Assembly (NCBI GenBank): GCA_002269645.1
Contig: NIVC01003338.1
Coordinates: forward strand, 33,640 to 97,639
Length of the DNA stretch: 64,000 bases
Direction: 5' to 3'
Origin: Macrostomum lignano
Lineage: Eukaryota
The notes below the pieces were generated by a model. It worked only from the letters and a program-made list of their open reading frames with translations, was not told the origin of the DNA and made no database searches. Positions 1 to 10,900 of this stretch are shown here, in pieces (the stretch's first letter is position 1; the number at the start of each line of letters is the position of its first letter). The position numbers and the translations under genes were made by a program.

Positions 1-142
1 CTGTGCTGGCTCCGCTGCGCATTCAACAAACACGATAGATATTTGACTGCCAGGCCGAGTGTAAGGCTGCTCGGCCAGCTCAGCTCGGTCACAGTTTTAT
101 TGCCTGCTTTCACTCGACGCCGTTGGAGCGCCCGAGCTGCAG

Positions 143-1174
143 ATGCCAATTACTGCTAGTAAGTGAGGCGTCCTGAATAGCACAGCAACCCATTCTGGCA
201 GTCACGGCAGTCACACACAGTAAACTCACTTAAGTTGAAACCGCATTCACCAATAGAAACATCGCATTCGCCCACACAGGCACCGCATTCACCAACAGGC
301 ATCGCATTCACCCACAGGCACCGCATTCACCCTCACAGACACCGCATTCACCCACACAGGCACCGCATTCACCCACATGCACCGCATTCACCCACAGACA
401 CCGCATTCACCCTCACAGACACCGCATTCACCCATACAGGCACCGCATTCACCCTCACAGACACCGCATTCACCCACAGACACTGCATTCACCCTCACCG
501 ACACCGCATTCACTCACAGACACCGCATTCACCCATGTTACAAGGCACCGCATTCACCCACAGACACTGAATTCACCCACAAACACCGCATTCACTCACA
601 GGCACCGCATTTCACTTTCACCCTCACAGGCACCTCATTCACCCTCACAGGCACTGATTTTACCCACACAGGCACCGCATTCACACACACAGAGCAGAAA
701 GGCCGCGCCACCCAGCAGAGGCGCAAGCAGCCCCCAGCAGACGAAGAAGTTTGGAAAGCAGCCTTCAAGCGGCTGGACAAGCGCAGCCGCGGCGCCATCG
801 CCATCGGCGACCTGGGAGAGGCTCTGCGCCGCGCCAAGTTTGTCCTGTCGGAGGAGGAGGTCCAGGACTACGCCAAGGACGCTGATCCCGACGCCAGCGG
901 CACCGTGGAGCTGCCGAACTTCCTGACCGTGGCGGCCAGGGCAAAGGCGGAGACGCTGTCGCCGGAACAGTGGGCACAAGCTCTGGACGAGGCCTTCCTG
1001 ACGTTCGACAAGGTGGAGGCCGGCAGGCTGAAGGCGGAGGACCTGCAGGGCTGGCTGACGCAGCTGGGCGAGCCACTGGAGGCCAAGGAAGTGGCGCAGA
1101 TGCTGCGCGGTCTGGTGGACGAGAACGGCATGGTGGTGTATCAGGACCTCGTCAAGAGGCTGGCCAAGCTGTGA
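143..1174 (+). CDS. Calmodulin/myosin light chain-like EF-hand protein, 2 exons (143-158, 693-1174), 165 aa
   Basis: ATG at 143 is followed by a consensus donor GCTA|GTAAGT at 159. Acceptor cacacag|AG at 692 restores the frame of ORF 377-1174 (MPITAKQKGR...). Four EF-hand-like helix-loop-helix units (DKRSRGAIAIGD, DPDASGTVELPN, DKVEAGRLKAED, VDENGMVVYQD) and a QLGEPL linker typical of the calmodulin/MLC family. AATAAA at 1224. Confidence 0.8.
239..692 (+). repeat. Intronic minisatellite, about 21-bp unit caccgcattcaccc(a/t)cacag(a/g)
   Basis: Direct tandem repeats fill the intron of the EF-hand gene. Confidence 0.9.
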
Positions 1175-1223
1175 CTCATGCGGTTGCGTGAAATTCGAAC
1201 TGCAGTGTCAACTTCGAAATGGC

Positions 1224-1229
1224 AATAAA
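1224..1229 (+). promoter_or_regulatory. Candidate polyadenylation signal AATAAA of the EF-hand gene
   Basis: AATAAA about 50 nt after the TGA at 1172-1174. Confidence 0.5.
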
Positions 1230-1908
1230 GCTGAATTTGCGGAACGCGGGTCGTTCAAGCAAGCCTCCTCCGACTTCTGCTGCTCGTATTTTGCTAAAAC
1301 TGCAGGGTCAGCTGAAGGTCAGATGCAGGCCTATTCCCGGCCGGGCCTATCCCAGCTGACTCCTGCCCTGCCGTCAGCCAACCCCCAAGTGAAGTAAATA
1401 ACAGGTGGAGTCATTCCGCATAATTACACGGGTTGCATGTGCTGCAGCCGCCGCACTCAGGATTAACAGCAAGTATAATACAGCTTTAGTAGCAGGTAGT
1501 GGACAGTCTTGGTGTGCGGGTGCAAAGCGACATGTTAACAGACAATGGGCAAGCAGTTCTCGCATGTTCTCACAAATGAGAAGGAAATCTGAGACAGGTA
1601 AAAGCAGCAATAAGCAACAGTTATAAACTACAAATTCAGAGCGATACGACCAGGTGGACAACAGCGACGGCCGGGTCAAAGGAATCAGGGCACAAAACGA
1701 GACAAAACAACTTCAAAGAACATTACAAGGTCAGGCTAAGCAAACGGCGAGACTGAGGGATGGAGGGGCCAAAAATACTTGTTTGGCACCGCGACAGACG
1801 AATTCACGATAGCACAGGCAGCGCTTTAAGGAAATCCAGGCCGACTTCTGCTCAGTGTGAAGTCTCGGACTTGCGCCTGCTAGCCTTGGAGAGCTGGGAA
1901 TTCAGGTT

Positions 1909-2770
1909 GTGAGAGCTGGGGTTTCAGGGGCTGTCTATGAGAGCTGGGGTTTCAGGGGCTGTCTATGAGAGCTGGGGTTTCAGGGGCTGTCTATGAGAGC
2001 TGGGGTTTCAGGGGCTGTCTATGAGAGCTGGGGTTTCAGGGACTGTCTATGAGAGCTGGGGTTTCAGGAACTGTCTATGAGAGCTGGAGTTTCAGGGGCT
2101 GTCTATGAGAGCTGAGGTTTCAGGGGCTGTCTATGAGAGCTGAGGTTTCAGGGGCTGTCTATGAGAGCTGGGGTTTCAGGGGCTGTCTATGAGAGCTGGG
2201 GTTTCAGGGGCTGTCTATGAGAGCTGGGGTTTCAGGGGCTGTCTATGAGAGCTGAGGTTTCAGGGGCTGTCTATGAGAGCTGGGGTTTCAGGGGCTGTCT
2301 ATGAGAGCTGGGGTTTCAGGGGCTGTCTATGAGAGCTGGGGTTTCAGGGACTGTCGATGAGAGCTGGGGTTTCAGGGGCTGTCTATGAGAGCTGAGGTTT
2401 CAGGGGCTGTCTATGAGAGCTGAGGTTTCAGGAGCTGTCTATGAGAGCTGGGGTTTCAGGGACTATCTATGAGAACTGGGGTTTCAGGGACTGTCGATGA
2501 GAGCTGGGGTTTCAGGGGCTGTCTATGAGAGCTGAGGTTTCAGGGGCTGTCTATGAGAGCTGAGGTTTCAGGAGCTGTCTATGAGAGCTGGGGTTTCAGG
2601 GACTATCTATGAGAACTGGGGTTTCAGGGACTGTCTATGAGAGCTGAGGTTTCAGGGGCTGTCTATGAGACCTGGGGTTTCAGGGACTGTCTATGAGAGC
2701 TGGGGTTTCAGGGACTGTCTATGAGAGCTGGGGTTTCAGGGGCTTTTCTATGAGAGCAATGGTTTCAGGG
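1909..2770. repeat. Minisatellite, 28-bp unit gagagctggggtttcaggggctgtctat
   Basis: About 30 near-identical tandem copies. Confidence 0.95.
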
Positions 2771-3346
2771 GGATCATGGAATGTGTTTGAGACTTTATGG
2801 ACAGATTTTTAAGCCTCGGGATGGTTTCAGAAGTTGTGAGCTGACGTAGGGTCAGAAGACGTAGCGTCAATCGCTTAATCAGTCGCTAGCAACTCTAACA
2901 AATTGGGATTATTTACTAAAATTAGCGATAGCCAGCAACAACAGGGAGGGTCGCACAATAAATTAAAAGTAAACAAAACAATTCTACGGCCAAAAACAGA
3001 TTGGGGGTGAATTACTGGCAGCACAGCACGTCTACAACAGCAAACACACAGCGGAACCGTGGGCGGGGCTTCTGGACAGCACTCGGCTGGGATGTCGCCC
3101 AGTTACTAAAGTACACTATCGGCAATATCAGACAGCTGCACAATACGGAGCAGGGACTAACGGAACTGCGCAACCATTTCGATGTGAAACACGGGCGGCA
3201 GTTTAAATTAACCGCAGCAGTGCAAGCATTGGTCGCAGGCTCCACATGCCACACTGATTATTGAAGCGCAGGTGTCGGACAAAAGCTTGACAATGTCCAT
3301 GCGCTTGGAATTCCCCAACCCGGCTGCACAGCCTGGCAGCCGCTCC

Positions 3347-6300
3347 CTAGCAGCGGCGAAGGTCCAGGATGACCACCTGCAGTGGGAATTGATGGGGATG
3401 AGGGTGTGAAGCGGCTGGGTTTGTATAATTGTAGCATCACACCAATGGGAGGGGGAGATGGGAAACAAGAGGGAGGGAGAAGGGAGATGGGCAAATGGGA
3501 GGGGGAGGGAGATGGGGAAATGGGAGGGGAGAAGGGAGATGGGGAAATGGGATGGGAGAAGGGAGATGGGGAAATGGGATGGGAGAAGGGAGATGGGGAA
3601 ATGGGAGGGGGAGGGAGATGGGGAAATGGGAGGGGGAGGGAGATGGGGAAATGGGAGGGGAGAAGGGAGATGGGGAAATGGGAGGGGAGAAGGGAGATGG
3701 GGAAATGGGAGGGGGAGGGAGATGGGGAAATGGGAGGGGAGAAGGGAGATGGGGGAATGGGAGGGGAGAAGGGAGATGGGGAAATGGGAGGGGAGAAGGG
3801 AGATGGGGAAATGGGAGGCAAGGGAAAATAAAATAAAAGACAGAGAGAGAGAGGGAGAGAGATGGCCCATGGGAAAATGAGAAAACGAAGGGGATAGATG
3901 TGAGAAGACAGAAAGGTTAGTAAAGGAGAATTTGCTCAAGAAACCAAACCAAAAAGCTGTTTTATCTTATTAGCTAAAACGCCATAGACTCAGAAGCAAT
4001 AAAACCGGCACTGAGGCCCGCTGCTGGCGGTCACTTACGGTGCCGTCGGCAGCGCTGGCGCCAACGCGGTCCCCGGTGTGGTTCCAGCAGACCTCAAAGA
4101 TGCCGCCGGTGCCCTGGTACTTGTGCACCAGCGAGCCGGACTGCGGGCGGCAAAGAAGCGGCGCGTGAAAAGATAATTAGAGAAATAAAGCGGAAATTCA
4201 AGCTGCAATCTGCGCATTTGAAAGCAGCAATTAAAGACTAGACGCAATTTAATTTACGAGTACAAGCTCGCGTACTTGCAGAAAGCAGCAATCTACTGCC
4301 TTCTAAAGCAGCAAACTAGACTTTTACTAAAAGCAGAAATCCCCTGGCCAAAGTGCTTTCCTAAAATCAGCAATCTCGAACTTTTTCTAAAAGCAGCAAT
4401 CTACGGGCTTTTCATAAAAGCAGCAATGCACAGACTTTCTAAAAGCAGCAATCTACTGGCTTTTCCTAAAAGAAGCAATCTACTGGCTTTTCGTAAAAGC
4501 AGCAATCTACTGGCTTGTCCTAAAAGCAACAATCTACTGGTTTTTCCTAAAAGTAGCAATCTACAGGCTTTTCCTAAAAGCAGTAATGCAGACTTTCTAA
4601 AAGCAGCAATCTACAGGCTTGTCCTAAAAGCAGCAATGCAGACTTTCTAAAAGCAGCAATCTACTGGCTTGTCCTAAAAGCAACAATCTACTGGCTTGTC
4701 CTAAAAGTAGCAATGCAGACTTTCTAAAAGCAGCAATCTACTGGCTTGTCCTAAAAGTAGCAATCTACTGGCTTTTCCTAAAAGCAGCAATCTACTGGCT
4801 TTTCGTAAAAGCAGCAATCCACGGGCTTTTCTTTAAAGCAGAAAAGCTTTGATACGTAGGCGCAGCAATAAAAGCAATTACCGCAATATCCCAAATGTGC
4901 ACGCATTTGTCAAAGCTGCCCGAGGCCAAGTAGTGCCCGCATGGCGAGAAAGCCACGCTGTACACCGGCTCATTGTGGTTGGAGAACACCTGGGCGCAGG
5001 CGCCGGCCTCCACGTCCCACAGGCGGACAGTCGAATCGAAACTCGCGCTGGCAGGTGAGCGAAATTAGGGAATGAGAGGCTCGATGTTGCAGTGAAGGGT
5101 TTAAAAAATAAGTCGGCTGAAGCTTAGGAAATATCCTATATGGTTTTGGGTGGGGGTCAGAACTGTCTCATGTATGGAGTGGGAGTCAGGATTGCCCAAA
5201 TATACTCGTCAGCACTGCCAATATCCAATAACCAATAGCTACCAAGGCTACAAAGCTGAATTCGCACCTGGCCAAGTAGAGGTTGGCATTGGGATTCTGC
5301 GAGTTGTACCCCGTGGGGCTCCACTTGATGGTGTAGATCTCCTTCTGGTGCGCCTTGAAGTCGTGGATGGGGTGCGGCCGGTCCATGGACCACAGCTTCA
5401 GGGTCATGTCGTCCGAGCAGGAGGCCAGCAGGCGGCCCTGTGGGTCCCACTTAATGGCGTTGACCTCGTTTGTGTGGCCCTTGAATATCTCGATGGGCTG
5501 CTCGCGACCGAGGCGGCACACCTGGATGCTCTGGTCTGTCGAGCAGCTGGCGAATGTGTTGTTGCTCTGCCAGTCCACGTCTAGAGCGGGCGCTGGAGCG
5601 GCGAGGAGGTGGGACTGGTACAGGAGTCCAAGTAGGACTGGTACAGGACTCGGTGTACAAGTAGAACTGGTACAAGAGTATGTGTACAAGTAGGTCTGGT
5701 ACAGGACTCGGTGTACAAGTAGGTCTGGTACAGGACTCGGTGTACAAGTAGGTCTGGTACAGGACTCGGTGTACACGTAAGACTGGTACAGAAGTCGGTG
5801 TACAAGTAGGTCTGGTACAGGAGTCGGTGTACAAGTAGGACGGGTACAGGAGTATGTGTACAAGTAAGACTGGTGCAGGAGTCGGTGTACAAGTAATACT
5901 GGTACAGGAGTCGGTGTACAAGTAGGACGGGTACAGGAGTATGTGTACAAGTAAGACTGGTGCAGGAGTCGGTGTACAAGTAATACTGGTACAGGAGTCG
6001 GTGTACAAGTAGGACGGGTACAGGAGTATGTGTACAAGTAAGACTGGTGCAGGAGTCGGTGTACAAGTAATACTGGTACAGGAGTCGGTGTACAAGTAGG
6101 ACGGGTACAAGATACCGTGTACAAGTAAATAAAGTTCAGGGCAATCTTCAGGCTCACCTGTATGGAATGCAAACTGCTGCTTTGCCTGACCCGTGGTGGC
6201 GTCCCAAATGATGGTTGTCTGAAATTCACCAGGAAAAAAAGGCATTTTAACCGCAGATTTCTTAGAATGATCGCTTCAATTAGCTCACCTTATCAACCCC

Positions 6301-9199
6301 GGCGCTGAGTATGAGGTTGCCAGCTTTGTTCCACTTCAGCGCAAATATTGGGCCCTTGTGCTGGCCCAGGGTGCAGACCAGCGTACCTGAGTAGAGATAA
6401 TTTTTAACCATAAACTTTATTGAACTCAATTGCTACTGTCAGTAGCTTAATAGATCACAGAAGGTATGAGGAGATGACCAAGCTTGTTCAGGTGACAAGA
6501 ATTAGCCCAGCCCATAATTTGAGCGAATTTGTCAGGCGCAAAACTACAAGGCAACTAAAAAAGAGCTCAAGTATCAAATAATTTCCTACCGTCTGTTGCC
6601 CACAGCCGCGCGAAGCCATCGTAGGATCCCGTCGCCAGCCGGGAGCCGTCATACTGCAAAGGCGGGCGGTGGGTGGGCGGGTTAAGGACGGTGGGGTGAG
6701 CTGGTTGGGGGAGGAAGGAAAATGCATATGTTAGCAAATTATAAAGGGGAGAAGGGAGATGAGAAGACGTAGGGAAGACGATGAGAAGTGAGAAGGCGTG
6801 GAGAGAGGTGATGAGAAAACGTGGAAGAGGTGATGAGGAGGAGTGGAAAGAGGTGATGAGGAGTGAAAAGAGGTGATGAAGGGGTGGAGATGTGATGAGA
6901 ATACGTGCGGAGCCATGATAAGACGTGAGAAGACGTGGGGAGAGATGAGAAGACGTGAGAAGACGTTGGGAGAGATGAGAAGACATGAGAAGACGTGGGA
7001 AGAGATGACAAGACGTGAGAAGACGTTGGGAGAGATGAGAAGACGTGAGAAGACGTGCGGAGCGATGATAAGACGTGAGAAGACGTTGGGAGAGATGATA
7101 AGACGTCAGAAGATGTGGGGAGAGATGACAAGACGTGAGAAGACGTGGGGAGAGATGACAAGACGTGAGAAGACGTGGGGAGAGATGATAAGACGTGAGA
7201 AGACGTGGGGGGATGATAAGACGTGAGAATACGTGGGGGGAGATGACAAGACATGAGAAGACGTGCGGGATAGTAATTAAGAATGTGTAAGAATAAATGA
7301 GGATGGGTGAGAGGACGGATAAGATGCGGAAAGGGGGTGACTGGGAAAGAGAAGAGGTCAGAGGTAGGGAGATAAGTAAAAGCAGGGTGTGAATGGAGGA
7401 TGAAGGAGAAACAGAGCAGTGAGAACAGAATCTGGCCACTAAGGGCTATCATTGCTTAGGACAGGCCAGAAAATTTCTGCTCACATTCCAATCAAGCGAG
7501 GTGACATCCTTGTTGCTGGGCACGTCCATGCCACCCCGGCTAATGCAGTGCTTGAGCACCAGCTGCTTCTTGGGATCAACGGCGCTGGCAAGGTCGGTGG
7601 CGTCCCACAGGCGGGCGGTGGAGTCGCCGGAGCCCGAGGCCAGCAGGTTCTGGCGGGGGTTCCAGGCGCAGATGAACACCTCGGACTCGTGGCCGCGCAG
7701 CACCGTGACCCGGCTGGGCGGGATCTCCAGCGGCACGGCGAGGGAGTCTCGGCCGGCCGAGGCGAGGCCATCGCCGTCCTGCGCCATGTGGTCCTCGCCG
7801 TTGACCGCCTGGCCGAACGGCTTGCTGCCGGCTGAAGCTGAGGGCAATGGGGCTGCTCGATAGCCCGACACTCCATCAGACACTTTGACGGACACTGACA
7901 GACACTGCACCAGACACTGACAGACACTGCACCAGACACTGACAGACACTACACCAGACACTGCACCAGGCAGTGACAGACACTACACCAGACACTGACA
8001 GACACTGCACCAGGCAGTGACAGACACTGCACCAGACACTGTTAGACACTACACCAGACACTGTTATTAGACACTACACCAGACACTGACAGACACTGCA
8101 CCAGACACTGTTAGACACTGCACCAGGCAGTGACAGACAGTACACCAGAAACCGACAGACACTGCACTAGAAACTGACAGACACTGACAGACACTACACC
8201 AGACACCGACAGACACTGCACCAGACACTGTTAGACACTACACCAGACACTGACAGACACTACACCAGGCAGTGACATACACAAAACCAGACACTGTTAG
8301 ACACTACACTAGACACTGACAGACACTGCACCAGACACTGACAGACACTGCACCAGACACTGACGGACACTACACCAGACACTGCACTAGACACTGTTAG
8401 ACACTGCACCAGGCAGTGACAGACACTAGACCAGGCAGTGACAGACACTAGACCAGGCAGTGACAGACACTAGACCAGGCAGTGACAGACACTAGACCAG
8501 GCAGTGACAGACACTAGACTAGGCAGTGACAGACGCTAGACCAGGCAGTGACAGACACTAGACCAGGCAGTGACAGACACTAGACCAGGGAGTGACAGAC
8601 ACTACACCAGGCACTCGCACTAAAATAGGACATTCCACCCAAAGTTGACTATCATGTACGTCACTTTGCTACCAGATAATCGAAGCTGACTACCAGGCGA
8701 TGGCATTAACTATCTACCCACACAACATGTACATCTACAAGTAGCTCCAATTATCTACCAGACATCAGCCACAGGACCACCTGACCCCAGCACTTACCAG
8801 CGCCCGGCCTGCCGCTAACACGGCATTTCTCAGCCTCGGCCACCTGCTTCTTGCGCATCTCCACCACCTCCGGCATGACGGAGTCGATCAGGGACAGAGA
8901 CTCCACAACTCGCTCGGAGCCGCCCTCGCCAATGCTGATCTCGGCCTCGGTGTACTGCAGGCCCTTCTGAATGATCTGCAGCAGAGCGGCCGGCGGCACC
9001 ATGGAGCCATTGATGTTGGTGCTGGAGATGTGGCTTTCCACACCGAATAAGAAGGCCGAGTGCAGATAGCCTGGCGTGTTGCAATGCCAGGTGCAAAGTT
9101 AAAACCGAGCAAAGAAAACTTTAAACAGCCGAAGGACTTACCCGACTCCTGCAGGTAACGATAGATAAGAAAGTTGACTTCATCACTGCTAAAGCTCAT
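3347..9199 (-). CDS. TBL1X: F-box-like/WD40 protein TBL1X/TBL1XR1 (ebi) ortholog, 10 exons, 507 aa
   Basis: Exons on the minus strand: 9199-9142, 9070-8798, 7831-7485, 6653-6590, 6386-6289, 6218-6158, 5592-5268, 5047-4882, 4140-4039, 3376-3347. All introns are GT-AG and phase-compatible, total 1524 nt. Diagnostic peptides: [20 protein letters not shown] (LisH), [95 protein letters not shown]. Confidence 0.96.
3447..3830. repeat. G/A-rich minisatellite, about 27-bp unit ggagaagggagatggggaaatgggagg (TBL1X last intron)
   Basis: Tandem purine-rich repeats with GGG runs. Confidence 0.9.
4278..4850. repeat. Minisatellite, about 27-bp unit aaaagcagcaatctactggcttttcct (TBL1X intron 8)
   Basis: Tandem copies with shorter variant units. 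Confidence 0.9.
5613..6125. repeat. Minisatellite, 29-bp unit with an 87-bp higher-order repeat (TBL1X intron 6)
   Basis: Unit ctggtacaggactcggtgtacaagtaggt has period 29. Three variant units recur as an 87-bp block from about 5790. Confidence 0.9.
6770..7270. repeat. Minisatellite, 30-bp unit gagaagacgtggggagagatgataagacgt (TBL1X intron 3)
   Basis: Tandem copies, degenerating at the edges. Confidence 0.9.
7862..8610. repeat. Minisatellite, about 22-bp units cagacactgcaccagacactga / gacagacactagaccaggcagt (TBL1X intron 2)
   Basis: Tandem copies; the unit variant changes along the array. Confidence 0.9.
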
Positions 9200-10168
9200 T
9201 TCCAAGCTCAATTGACAATGTTTTGCTGCTGGTAAAAGTGATGTTGCTTACATTACAAAATTCAGCATGCATTGTTTATAGAGAAGTAACTTTGAACTCA
9301 ATTTCTTGCATTCACATTTTGAATAAACAAATTTACTTTAGGAGTGTCCCACTGGCATTTATGAGGCAAAGCAATTATTACACTCGTAAATTGTTTTTTT
9401 TTATTTCTAAAAATGATAAAAACAATCACAAAATGTTTCAATACCTCATTGTAGAAAACATACAGACATTCATCCTATGCTATAGCCTAGGCCTACACCC
9501 AGCATTATTAGTAATTAGTAAAAGTAAACAAAATTAAGTAAAAATTACAAACAATTATGTAACTTAAAAATTATTTGATTTTTTTGCTTTCTTTTTTTAC
9601 ATATTAGAAACTTGAAGTCATATAAAATATTATGTATTAATGTCTTACCTGACACTTAGGCTAGCAGCCTTATGCTTATAGGCATATTAGGATATATTAT
9701 AAATGTGACGAAGGGGTATATAGCAATTAGATCTATTCTATTAAAAAAGTAAAAATGGATACATTGCCAATTTAGTTTTGCCTTCTGACATTCAATTATT
9801 GCTATTTATTATTATTTAGTTCTTAAGATAAGATTTAGTTCTTAAATCCTAGGCAATCATATGTTATGTAAATGGCATGTATCAAGGAGCCTATAAAGTT
9901 TTTGCCATAGGTATATTGTTAGATATCTAGTCAATTCATCTGCTACCAAATATTCTGTTGCCTATTTGTTTGAAATTACTAAATAAGCATTTTGTCCACT
10001 AGACTGCTTATTAATCTATCCTATATACTAAAAATGGTTAAGCCTTAGCTAAACCTTTTCCTACCTTGCTGACACTATATCTCTTAACACCAGACCACAC
10101 TACTGTGCTACATCTATGCCATGTATACTTATACTATGCCATACTTATTGCTATCTTACTAAGCCATG

Positions 10169-10231
10169 CCTTGGTTGGCCGCCATATCGGTTGGCCAGAT
10201 TGGCCGACTCGGCCGACTGTTGCACATGTAT
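10169..10231 (+). mobile_element. 3'-terminal fragment of the 295-bp MITE family
   Basis: ccttggttggccgccatatcggttggccagattggccgactcggccgactgttgcacatgtat matches the right end of the copies at 10606, 14211 and 16307. No left TIR found. Confidence 0.75.
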
Positions 10232-10239
10232 ATAAAAGA

Positions 10240-10420
10240 GGGTAGGTACCAAGCCTACTATAAAAGGGTAAGAAGGCAACAAGCTTACTATAAAAGGGAA
10301 TATGCTAAGTCTACTATAAAAGAGGGGCAAGCCTACTATAAAGGAAGGCACCAAGTCTAAAAAGTGGAAGTGATACTAAGCCTACTGTAAAGAGGAAGGA
10401 TACCAAGCCTACTTGGAGAT
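10240..10420. repeat. Degenerate tandem repeat of about 30 bp containing aagcctactataaaag
   Basis: Four to six imperfect copies. Confidence 0.55.
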
Positions 10421-10605
10421 ACTTAGAGCTTACTTAAAATATATTAATATTATAATAAATTTAATACTTAGCAAGAATTAACTATAGTCTATAAATATAA
10501 AAAAATAAATACAATACTTTTCTTTTAAGTCCAACTAATTTAGCTAATCACTAGATTAGCTTATTTGTTTATAGCATTGGCATAGGACTAAGATACTCCT
10601 AAGTA

Positions 10606-10900
10606 CATACATGCGCAACCTCCAAATTTCGGTCGGCCATGCGACTTAGTTTTAACAAAAATGCGACGTAGTTTTTGGCCAAAAATGCGACTTACATGTA
10701 AAAAAACCCGAAAGCAAAATTAACGCAACTTTGGGTAAACGGCAGGAGTAACTATGACTGTCTTATAAAGCCAAAATGCCTCGTCAGCTACTTAGTACTA
10801 CTACTGTGTTTTTTCGGGTTGGCATTTTTGCAACTTCCTTGGTTGGCCACCAAATCGGTCGGCCGGATCGGCCAACTCGGCCGACTGTTGCGCATGTATG
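10606..10900 (+). mobile_element. Non-autonomous DNA transposon (MITE) copy A, hAT- or P-type
   Basis: Perfect 14-bp TIR catacatgcgcaac / gttgcgcatgtatg. 8-bp TSD cctaagta at 10598-10605 and 10901-10908. Confidence 0.93.

Noticed and set aside
235-690. His/Thr/Pro-rich N-terminal part of ORFs 235-570 and 377-1174
   Set aside because: It is the translation of an intronic minisatellite. A consensus donor at 159 and acceptor at 692 remove it and give a normal EF-hand protein.
3001-3264. 87-aa plus-strand ORF
   Set aside because: It lies antisense to the presumed TBL1X 3' UTR and has no motif support.
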